Assembly (NCBI GenBank): GCA_039714075.1
Contig: JBDLKA010000014.1
Coordinates: forward strand, 1-52,737
Direction: 5' to 3'
Source of the DNA: Candidatus Krumholzibacteriota bacterium
GTDB taxonomy: Bacteria; Krumholzibacteriota; Krumholzibacteriia; LZORAL124-64-63
Length of the DNA: 52,737 nt
Each line of letters opens with the position of its first letter. Position 1 is the first letter of the stretch. Positions 9,199 to 16,470 of this stretch are shown piece by piece. The notes under the pieces were generated by a model, which was not told the origin of the DNA, did not search any database, and was given only the letters and a program-made list of their open reading frames with translations. Both the position numbers and the translations under genes were made by a program.

Positions 9199-10728
9199 AT
9201 GTTTCATTTGTTCATCTACCTGGCCGTGATCATCTGCGGCGCCAGCGTCCTGGCCCTGGAAATCCTGGGCACCCGCCTGATCGGCCCGGTTTTCGGCGTC
9301 AGCCTATACTTGTGGTCGGCCCTGATCGGCGTAACCCTGGCCGCCCTCAGCGTCGGCTATGCCCTGGGCGGCCGCCTGGCCGACAAAAAACCGACCCTGA
9401 CCAGATTCGCCTTACCCATCGGCCTGGCCGGCCTGTGGACCGTGGCCATTCCCTGGCTCCGATACCCGGTCCTGGATATCACCGACACGATGGGCTTCCG
9501 CACCGCCGTCCTGGTCGCGGCCACCATCCTGTTCTTCCCACCGCTGATGCTGCTGGGCATGGTCAGCCCCTACGCCATCCGGCTGAAGACCGCCGCCCTC
9601 GAGGAAGTCGGCCGCACCGCCGGCAACCTGTACGCCCTTTCCACTGTTGCCAGCGTCTTCGCCGCCATCGGGACCGGGTTTTTCCTGATCCCCAACATCG
9701 GCGTCGCGCGGCTGACCTACCTGATCGGAGTAATATTACTTCTGACCGCGGCGGCGGGCTGGATCATCGACCGCAAGGGCAAGACCGCGGTCATTGCCGC
9801 GCTGGTATTACTTGTCGGCGGAGTCGCCGCCTACCAAACCGCCCCCGAAGCCGAAGCCCGCCCCGACGCCGGCCTGCTCGCGGTCACCCAAAGCCCCTAC
9901 GCCGAAATCCGCGTCCTGGAAAAAAAAGGCCTGCGCTTCATGCTGATCGACGGTAGCCCGCACTCCATCGTCGACCCGGCGGACTGGATCAGCGACTACC
10001 CCTACATCGACGTGCTGGAAATCTCGAAAAAATTCTACGACGAGCCGGGCAGGGTCATGGTCGTCGGCCTGGGCGCCGGCAGCGTGATCAAGGTTTTCAA
10101 TGAGGACGGGTGGGACGTCGAAGCGGTGGAAATCGACCCCGCCGTCACGCAAACGGCCTACGACTGGTTCGGCCTCACCCCGGAAGAAGCGAAGATCCAC
10201 CACACCGACGGCCGCCAGTACTTCATCCAGAACGAAGATACCTGGGACGTCGTCATCATGGACGCCTTCGGCAGCAGTTCGGTGCCCTTCCATCTGGTGA
10301 CCGAAGAGGCGTTCGCGCTGGTCCATTCGCGCCTGAATGAAAACGGCATCCTGGCCATGAACGTCGAGGCGGTGGGCTGGCACGACATCATCGTGCACTC
10401 GCTGGCCGCGACGCTGGCCGGGCAGTTCGCCCACGTCAAGGTCCTGCCCATGGAAGAGCCGCCCAACCGGTTCGGCAACCTGATCATCATGGCGTCGGAC
10501 CGGCCGCTGGAGCTGGACGACGAGGAATTCCCGCTGCCGACCGAACGCTGGACCCTGGAGTACAACCAGATGCACGCCTGGGACAACAGCTTCATCGTGG
10601 CGCCGACGAAAGACATCCCCATCCTGACCGACGACCTCAACCCGGTGGACATCTGGTCCGACCGCATCAACCTCGCCTCGCGCCGGCAGCTTCATTTGTA
10701 TTTCGACGAAACGGATCCCACCTGGTAG
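9199..10728 (+). CDS. Fused membrane (MFS-like)/spermidine synthase-like SAM-dependent protein
   Basis: About 7 N-terminal TM helices with LEILGTRL..FG.S.Y.W and AGNLYALSTV motifs, then QSPYAEIRV, VVGLGAGS, VEIDPAV, TDGRQY, IMDAF, ILTDDLNPVD. Confidence 0.88.
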   Translation: MFHLFIYLAVIICGASVLALEILGTRLIGPVFGVSLYLWSALIGVTLAALSVGYALGGRLADKKPTLTRFALPIGLAGLWTVAIPWLRYPVLDITDTMGFRTAVLVAATILFFPPLMLLGMVSPYAIRLKTAALEEVGRTAGNLYALSTVASVFAAIGTGFFLIPNIGVARLTYLIGVILLLTAAAGWIIDRKGKTAVIAALVLLVGGVAAYQTAPEAEARPDAGLLAVTQSPYAEIRVLEKKGLRFMLIDGSPHSIVDPADWISDYPYIDVLEISKKFYDEPGRVMVVGLGAGSVIKVFNEDGWDVEAVEIDPAVTQTAYDWFGLTPEEAKIHHTDGRQYFIQNEDTWDVVIMDAFGSSSVPFHLVTEEAFALVHSRLNENGILAMNVEAVGWHDIIVHSLAATLAGQFAHVKVLPMEEPPNRFGNLIIMASDRPLELDDEEFPLPTERWTLEYNQMHAWDNSFIVAPTKDIPILTDDLNPVDIWSDRINLASRRQLHLYFDETDPTW

Positions 10729-10731
10729 AAA

Positions 10732-10766
10732 CCGGCCCCCGGATCACCTCCGGGGGCCGGCCTTTT
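10732..10766 (+). terminator. Intrinsic terminator (probably bidirectional)
   Basis: Stem CCGGCCCCCGGA / TCCGGGGGCCGG followed by CCTTTT, between convergent genes. Confidence 0.75.
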
Positions 10767-10784
10767 CCGGAATCCGAATATTTT

Positions 10785-11900
10785 CTAGTTACCAACCATC
10801 GTGGCGCCCAGGAAGCCCAGCACCTCGTCGATGGGGTTGGCGATGGCCGTCGAGCTGCTGCCGGCGAACAGCAGGCCGATGGCGCCCGGATCGGTGGTTA
10901 CGTCCTGGATCAACAGCGAACCGGAGTCGCCGCCCGCCAGGAACTTGCTGGCCCTCTGACCGACGATGATCTGGCCGGTGAAGGTCTTGGTGAAGGCCGC
11001 GCCGCCGGCGCATTCGTTTTCATAGGCGATGCTGACGGTGCCGTTCAGAGCCGAAACCGTGCTGCGCGTCAGACCGGTGGTCCGGCCGCTCTTCTTGACC
11101 GGCTGGCCGACGTAGGCCGCCACGGTCGCCGCGCTCAGGGTGCCGACTTCGAGGATGGCGCCGCTGGGATCGACCATACCGGTGATGATGTTGGCCGTCG
11201 AGCAGTCCACGTTGTTGTTCGGCAGGCTGCTGGTGACCACCAGGGTGGCGACGTCGTATCCGTTGGTCGCCACGCAGCCGATGTCGATCAGGCCCGGATG
11301 TACGATGGGGTCGCCCGTGGTCGCGACAATGCCGTTGCCGCCCGCAACGATATCCGCTTCGAACACGTGGTAGTTGCTCAGAATCCGCTTGGTGCCGCCG
11401 ACCTGGATCAGTGAGCCCAGGGTTCCGCCGCAGCAGTAGCCGTTGGCCAGGTCGTAGCGCCAGCCGCCGGTGGTGCCCAGCTGGATGGGAGCGGTCTGTT
11501 TGGCCGTGTGGTCGCTGCCACTGGAGGGCGGTCCCCTCATGGCCACGATGCGGTCGGTCACCTGCGTGACAACGCGCACGTCGTCGATGAAGGCGGGGGT
11601 GCCGCGCCGGGCCTTGTCGCTGAGGACCAGCACCAGGATGGCGGGCTGGCCGTTTTCATCGACCGTGGTGGCGGTGCCGACCACGTCCGGATCGGCCATC
11701 AATGCGGGGGTGTGCCGGTCCTGGATGGCCATGACGGCGCGGATGTTGGGATTAGCTGCACTCTTGAGATAGGAGTCGTCCTGAGCAGGAGCCGGCGGGC
11801 CGGTGACGTCCGAATCCGAGCAGCCCCAGATTCCGAACGCGGCGAGAGCGCCGAGGAGCAGAAGTGCGGTCAGGCGTACAGCGAGGGAACGATGAACCAT
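10785..11900 (-). CDS. Lipoprotein trypsin-like serine protease (clan PA, NAL1-like) with N-terminal pro-domain, copy 1
   Basis: Lipobox IWGC; catalytic triad motifs LSNYHV, VDCS, GGDSGS; KKSGRTTGLT; GLLFAG..ANPI. Confidence 0.85.
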   Translation of the reverse strand: MVHRSLAVRLTALLLLGALAAFGIWGCSDSDVTGPPAPAQDDSYLKSAANPNIRAVMAIQDRHTPALMADPDVVGTATTVDENGQPAILVLVLSDKARRGTPAFIDDVRVVTQVTDRIVAMRGPPSSGSDHTAKQTAPIQLGTTGGWRYDLANGYCCGGTLGSLIQVGGTKRILSNYHVFEADIVAGGNGIVATTGDPIVHPGLIDIGCVATNGYDVATLVVTSSLPNNNVDCSTANIITGMVDPSGAILEVGTLSAATVAAYVGQPVKKSGRTTGLTRSTVSALNGTVSIAYENECAGGAAFTKTFTGQIIVGQRASKFLAGGDSGSLLIQDVTTDPGAIGLLFAGSSSTAIANPIDEVLGFLGATMVGN

Positions 11901-12039
11901 GATGGTCCTCCTGAATTGGATGGCGAGTCCCCTCAGACCCCTGTCCAGCCACCGTACCTTAATTGGAGTTTCTCTGTCAAGATTGTTCTTACATATACGA
12001 TTACGTAAGCCGTTCTGAAATCATAGATTAGTGGTGGGG

Positions 12040-12393
12040 TTAATTCAGCGGGCGTACTTCGTCGCTGATGATAAAATCAACAGGATGGCCTTCGATATCC
12101 ACCCCGATCTTTTCGGCCAGGATATCCGATTTGTACTTCACGTAGACCTGGATGCAGGGCGTGCCGTCGGTAAGCTCGCCGATCGCCACCATGATCACCT
12201 CGTCCAGGGCCATGAGGCGATCGACGTTGGCGTTCATCACTTCGTTGATCGGGTGCTGCGGGACGGATTCCGGCACGGGTTTCTCCTTTTCAACTGCCTG
12301 GTTGCAGCCGGTAACCAGCGCCAACAATACCACGAATAGAAAAACCGGCCCCCGGAAATAATCCAGGGACCGGTATGTGACCCGAATCAACAT
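12040..12393 (-). CDS. Small lipoprotein resembling a stand-alone pro-domain of the flanking proteases
   Basis: Lipobox VTGC. The mature part (LMALDEVIMVAIG..GTPCIQVYV..IEGHPVDFIISDEVRPL) parallels the protease N-domain (LMADPDVVGTAT..GQPAILVLV..IDDVRVVTQVTDRIVAM). Confidence 0.7.
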   Translation of the reverse strand: MLIRVTYRSLDYFRGPVFLFVVLLALVTGCNQAVEKEKPVPESVPQHPINEVMNANVDRLMALDEVIMVAIGELTDGTPCIQVYVKYKSDILAEKIGVDIEGHPVDFIISDEVRPLN

Positions 12394-12400
12394 TCGGACT

Positions 12401-13522
12401 CTAGTTGCCGACCATCGTGGCGTTGTAGAAGCTGAGCACTTCGTCGATGGGGTTGGCCACGGCGAGGGAGCTGTTGCCGGCGAACAGCAGGCCCACGGCG
12501 CTCGGATCGGTGGACACGTCTTCGACCATCAGCGAACCGGAGTCGCCGCCGGCCAGGAACTTGCTGCCCCTGTTGCTGGTGAAGATCTGGCCGGTGAAGG
12601 TCTTGGTGAAGGCGGTGCCGCCGGCGCATTCGTTTTCGTACGTAATGCTCACGGTGGCGTTCAGGCCGGTCACCTTCGCGCGACCCAGACCGGTGGTCCG
12701 GCCGCTCTTCTTGACCGGTTGGTTGATGTAGGCGGCCACGGTCGCGGAACTCAGGGTGCCGATCTCGAGGATGGCGCCGCTGGTATCGACCATGCCGTTG
12801 ATGATGTTGGCCGACGAGCAGTCCACGTTGTTGTTCGGCAACGCGTTGCTGACGACCAGCGTGGCCACGTCCTGCCCGTTGGCGGCGTTACAGCCGATGT
12901 CGATCAGGGCCGGCTGGATGACCGGATCACCGGTGGTGGCCTTGCGGCCGTTGCCGCCGTTGACGATGTCGGCTTCGAGCACGTGCCAGTTGCTCAGGAT
13001 CCGCATGTTGCCGCCGACCTGGATCAGTGAACCCAGGGTGCCGCCGCAGCAGTAGCCGTTGGCCAGGTCGTAGCGCCAGCCGCCGGAGGTGCCGAGCTGG
13101 ATGGGCGCGGTCTGGATGGCCTTGTGGTCGACCTTGCCGCCGCCGCCGGGCTTGCCCTTCATGGCGACGATGGGCTCGGTGATCTGCGTGATGACGCGCA
13201 CGTCATCGATAAAGGCGGGGGCGCCGCCGCGGGCGCGCTCGCTGGTGACCAGCAGCAGGATGGCCGGCTGACCGGTCTCATCGATCGTGGTGGCCGTGGC
13301 GACCACGTCGGAATCCGCCATCAGGGCGGGGGTGTGACGGTCCTGGAGGGCCATGACCGCGCGGACATTGGGATTGGCGGCACTCTTGAGGTGGGAATCA
13401 TTCTGTTCGGGAGCCGTGGGTCCGGCAACGTCCGAATCCGAGCAGCCCACGAGGCCGATCGTGGCGACAATCCCAATGAGAAGCAGTGCTGATAGACGGA
13501 CTATTAGGGAGCGATTAGTCAT
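12401..13522 (-). CDS. Lipoprotein trypsin-like serine protease (clan PA, NAL1-like), copy 2
   Basis: AGGAGG RBS before ATG 13522; lipobox LVGC; LSNWHV, VDCS, GGDSGS; highly similar to 10785..11900 throughout. Confidence 0.85.
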   Translation of the reverse strand: MTNRSLIVRLSALLLIGIVATIGLVGCSDSDVAGPTAPEQNDSHLKSAANPNVRAVMALQDRHTPALMADSDVVATATTIDETGQPAILLLVTSERARGGAPAFIDDVRVITQITEPIVAMKGKPGGGGKVDHKAIQTAPIQLGTSGGWRYDLANGYCCGGTLGSLIQVGGNMRILSNWHVLEADIVNGGNGRKATTGDPVIQPALIDIGCNAANGQDVATLVVSNALPNNNVDCSSANIINGMVDTSGAILEIGTLSSATVAAYINQPVKKSGRTTGLGRAKVTGLNATVSITYENECAGGTAFTKTFTGQIFTSNRGSKFLAGGDSGSLMVEDVSTDPSAVGLLFAGNSSLAVANPIDEVLSFYNATMVGN

Positions 13523-13834
13523 TTCGGTCCTCCTGTGTCGGGTGGAAAAGGCGAGGCCCCGCATAACGGGGCGAGGCCATCCTACAGCAAACCGAAACCA
13601 ATAGTCAAGATCGAAAACTGTTCACTGTCGGCCTATTTGCTTTTATCCCTTTAAGTTATGTATATTCCATAGTTTATGGGTGGGAGAAGTCGCAATTTCA
13701 GGGTCGGCGGCCAATCAACCAACAGAAAATGTGTCCCTTTTCGCCACACCCGAGCACGTGCTGGCATCGCCGCTCCGTCCCCCTTATCATTGAGGATCTG
13801 GAGCGGCCCAACACAAACAGCCCGAAAGGCTTTC

Positions 13835-15358
13835 ATGGCCCCCGACAAGTCCCTGTACATCTCCAAGTCGAAATACCTTTCTGGCCTGCAGTGCCCCAAA
13901 CTGTTGTGGACCCATTTCAACAACCGCGAAGCGATTCCCGAGACCAACGAGGCCCAGCAGCACATCTTCGACACCGGCCACATGGTGGGCGATCTCGCCA
14001 AGCGCCTGTATCCCGGCGGCAAGGAAGTGCCGTTGCTGTTCAAGGCCGACGACGCGCTCGATCTGACCGTCACCGCGACCAAGGATCTGATGAAACGGCG
14101 GCTCCCCATTTTCGAAGCCAGCTTCCTGGTCGACGGCCGCTACTGCCGGGTGGACGTCCTGGTGCCGGTGCCCGGCCCGGACGGCGACCGCCTCAGCGGC
14201 GACACCTGGGATCTGGTCGAGGTCAAATCGTCGACCCGGGTCAAGGACGTCAACATCAACGACGTCGCCTTCCAGCACGATGCCCTGACCCGCGCCGGGG
14301 TCAACCTGAACCGCCTGTACCTGATGCACGTCGACACCGGTTATGTCCGCGACGAAAAGTTCGAGGTCGAGCGGTTCTTCCACCTGGAAGACGTCACCGA
14401 ACGCGTCCTGCGGCTGATCGACTACGTGCCCTCGGCGGTCAACCGGATGTTCGACGTCATCGGCGGCCCCGACCCCGACACGCCCATCGGGCCGCGCTGC
14501 ACCAGCCCCTTCACCTGCCCCTTGAAGGAAGCGTGCTGGTCCGTTTTGCCCGACGACAACGTGACCTATTTCTACCGCGCCGGCGCCCGGTCCTTCGGCC
14601 TGCTGGACGAGGGCATTTTCGCCATCGCCGACACCCCGGACAGCAAGCTCACTCCCCGCCAGCAGATCCAGAAGAAATCCGTGGCCGCCAACGAGGTCCA
14701 GGTGGACCGCACGCCTTTACGCCAATGGCTGGGCGGCCTTGAGTACCCTCTTTACCACCTGGATTTCGAAACGATGAACCCGGCCATCCCGCCCCTGGCC
14801 GGGACGCGGCCCTACCAGCGGATTCCCTTCCAGTTCTCCCTGCATATCCAGGACCAGCCCGGCGCGCGACCTCGGCACGTGGAGTACCTGGCCACCTGGA
14901 ACGACGTCCCGGATCCCGGCGATCCGCGGCCCGGCCTGGTCGAGGCCCTGGGCGCCATCGGGCCCGAAGGCACCATCCTGTGCTGGAATATGGGTTTCGA
15001 AAAAGGGGTGCTGGAGGATCTGGCCGAAATGTTCCCCGCCGAGGCCGAACGCCTGGCTGGCCTGGTCGAGCGCATGGACGATCTGATCATTCCCTTCCGC
15101 AGCTTCTGGGTCCACCATCCGCGCCAGAAGGGCAACTGCTCCCTGAAATCGGTGTTGCCCGCCCTGACCGACTTCGGCTACAACGAGCTGGCCATCGGTG
15201 ATGGCCAACAGGCCGCCCGCCAGTACCAGCAAGCCCTGTACGGCAACGTCACGGTCAAGGAGCGCAAGGTGATCTTCGACAACCTGCGCGAATACTGCGC
15301 CCTGGACACCATGGCGATGGTGGAGATTCTGCGGCGGTTGGAGAAACTGGCGGAGTAG
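13835..15358 (+). CDS. DUF2779-type protein: Cas4/RecB-like PD-(D/E)XK Fe-S nuclease fused to a DEDD/RNase H-like exonuclease domain
   Basis: SKSKYLSGLQCPK, RVDVL, EVKSS, CTSPFTCPLKEAC (1+3 Cys); then LDFET, PYQRIPFQFSLH, WNMGFEK, SLKSVLP, YCALDT. ATG 13835 preferred over 13676. Confidence 0.8.
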   Translation: MAPDKSLYISKSKYLSGLQCPKLLWTHFNNREAIPETNEAQQHIFDTGHMVGDLAKRLYPGGKEVPLLFKADDALDLTVTATKDLMKRRLPIFEASFLVDGRYCRVDVLVPVPGPDGDRLSGDTWDLVEVKSSTRVKDVNINDVAFQHDALTRAGVNLNRLYLMHVDTGYVRDEKFEVERFFHLEDVTERVLRLIDYVPSAVNRMFDVIGGPDPDTPIGPRCTSPFTCPLKEACWSVLPDDNVTYFYRAGARSFGLLDEGIFAIADTPDSKLTPRQQIQKKSVAANEVQVDRTPLRQWLGGLEYPLYHLDFETMNPAIPPLAGTRPYQRIPFQFSLHIQDQPGARPRHVEYLATWNDVPDPGDPRPGLVEALGAIGPEGTILCWNMGFEKGVLEDLAEMFPAEAERLAGLVERMDDLIIPFRSFWVHHPRQKGNCSLKSVLPALTDFGYNELAIGDGQQAARQYQQALYGNVTVKERKVIFDNLREYCALDTMAMVEILRRLEKLAE

Positions 15359-15362
15359 GAGC

Positions 15363-15391
15363 TTGACGGCCGGTATAACTTCGGTTATACT
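15363..15391 (+). promoter_or_regulatory. Sigma70 promoter of the TA operon with overlapping palindromic operator
   Basis: TTGACG (15363-68), 17 bp, TATACT (15386-91); inverted repeat GTATAAC-TTCG-GTTATAC at 15373..15390. Confidence 0.8.
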
Positions 15392-15397
15392 TTCAAC

Positions 15398-15637
15398 ATG
15401 AAAACCGCAATCTCCCTGCCTGACGAATTGTTCGAGGCCGCCGAACGGGTGGCCAGACGCCTTGGTCTTTCCCGCAGCGAACTCTACCAAAGGGCCCTGG
15501 CCAAATTCATCGAAAGCCAGAACAGCGCCGCCATCACTTCCGAGCTCGACGAGGTCTATTCCGCCGAAAACAGGGGTCGCCTCGACCCGGTTCTTGACGG
15601 TTTGCAGCGAGCGAGCCTTGTTCGGGAGGATTGGTGA
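15398..15637 (+). CDS. mazE: Ribbon-helix-helix antitoxin (MazE/CopG-like)
   Basis: MKTAISLPDELFEAAERVARRLGLSRSELYQRAL RHH motif, terminal EDW; overlaps the toxin start. Confidence 0.85.
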   Translation: MKTAISLPDELFEAAERVARRLGLSRSELYQRALAKFIESQNSAAITSELDEVYSAENRGRLDPVLDGLQRASLVREDW

Positions 15638-15975
15638 TCAAGCGCGGCGAAATCTGGTGGGCGGAGTTGGATGATCCTCGTGGATCAGGGCCCGGATTTC
15701 GCCGTCCTGTCGCTGTTGTCCAGGCGGACCCCTTCAACCAAAGCAAAATCGGAACCGTGATTGTGGCCGCGATTACGTCCAACCTCGACCTTGCAGCCGC
15801 ACCGGGCAACGTGAGCCTGTCGCGCCGGGACAGCAGGCTGCCCCGGAAGTCGGTATTGAATGTCTCGCAGGTTTTGACGTTGGACCGGCGATTTTTGTCC
15901 AAGCGGGTTGGTCTATTGCCCGTGCGGGTTATTGAAGAAATGGATCATGGGCTTCGTCTCGCTCTTTCCCTTTGA
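15634..15975 (+). CDS. mazF: MazF/PemK-family endoribonuclease toxin
   Basis: IKRGEIWWAEL..GSGPGFRRPVAVVQADPFN..VIVAAITSN..SVLNVSQVLTLDR; GTGA overlap with the antitoxin stop; GGGAGG RBS. Confidence 0.92.
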   Translation: MIKRGEIWWAELDDPRGSGPGFRRPVAVVQADPFNQSKIGTVIVAAITSNLDLAAAPGNVSLSRRDSRLPRKSVLNVSQVLTLDRRFLSKRVGLLPVRVIEEMDHGLRLALSL

Positions 15976-15976
15976 A

Positions 15977-15996
15977 AAGTGTCCCCGGGGACACTT
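15977..15996. repeat. Perfect 20-bp palindrome AAGTGTCCCCGGGGACACTT, copy 2
   Basis: Exact self-complementarity; lies between the convergent mazF and AtpZ/AtpI-family genes; near-identical copy at 8446. Confidence 0.65.
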
Positions 15997-16006
15997 CCTG
16001 GCCGGA

Positions 16007-16393
16007 CTATTTCTTCCGGCTCTTGTCCACCAGCAGCAGAAACACCTGCCGGAAAGCCGCCACCAGTCCGAACAGCATGCCGATCACACCCGGCCAGGGC
16101 GCCCAACCGAACATGTTTTCCACGCCCTTGCCCAGCAGGTAGCCGACCAGCGGCCCGGCGACCATCATCATGGGAATAATGGTGTAGGTGCCGATGGCCT
16201 TGGCCTGTTCACCCGTATCTTTTTTCAGAAAACCCCGTCCGGCGCCGCTGTGGGAGGACCGGTCCTTATCCATGCGCTCGCGCAGATCGTCGACCTTACC
16301 CATGTCCGGGGGCTCGGGCACGCCGGGAGGCAGGGTTTCGTCGGGCTCGCCGCCGCCGGGTTTGCCGGGGTGGGGTTGTTTTTCGTTGGTCAT
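16007..16393 (-). CDS. AtpZ/AtpI (ATP synthase gene 1)-family membrane protein, orphan
   Basis: Two TM helices with the pattern MMVAGPLVGYLLGKGVENMFGWAPWPGVIGMLFGLVAAF; AGGAG RBS. Confidence 0.75.
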   Translation of the reverse strand: MTNEKQPHPGKPGGGEPDETLPPGVPEPPDMGKVDDLRERMDKDRSSHSGAGRGFLKKDTGEQAKAIGTYTIIPMMMVAGPLVGYLLGKGVENMFGWAPWPGVIGMLFGLVAAFRQVFLLLVDKSRKK

Positions 16394-16470
16394 TTATGGT
16401 CTCCTGATGTCCAAATTTAAATCTGCTTTCAAAAACAGGTTAAGTCTTTTTCCCTTTTGACGAAAACCAA

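Noticed and set aside
13835..15358. Cas4-like nuclease as evidence of a CRISPR-Cas locus
   Set aside because: No cas1/cas2 or array; the architecture fits stand-alone DUF2779-type proteins.
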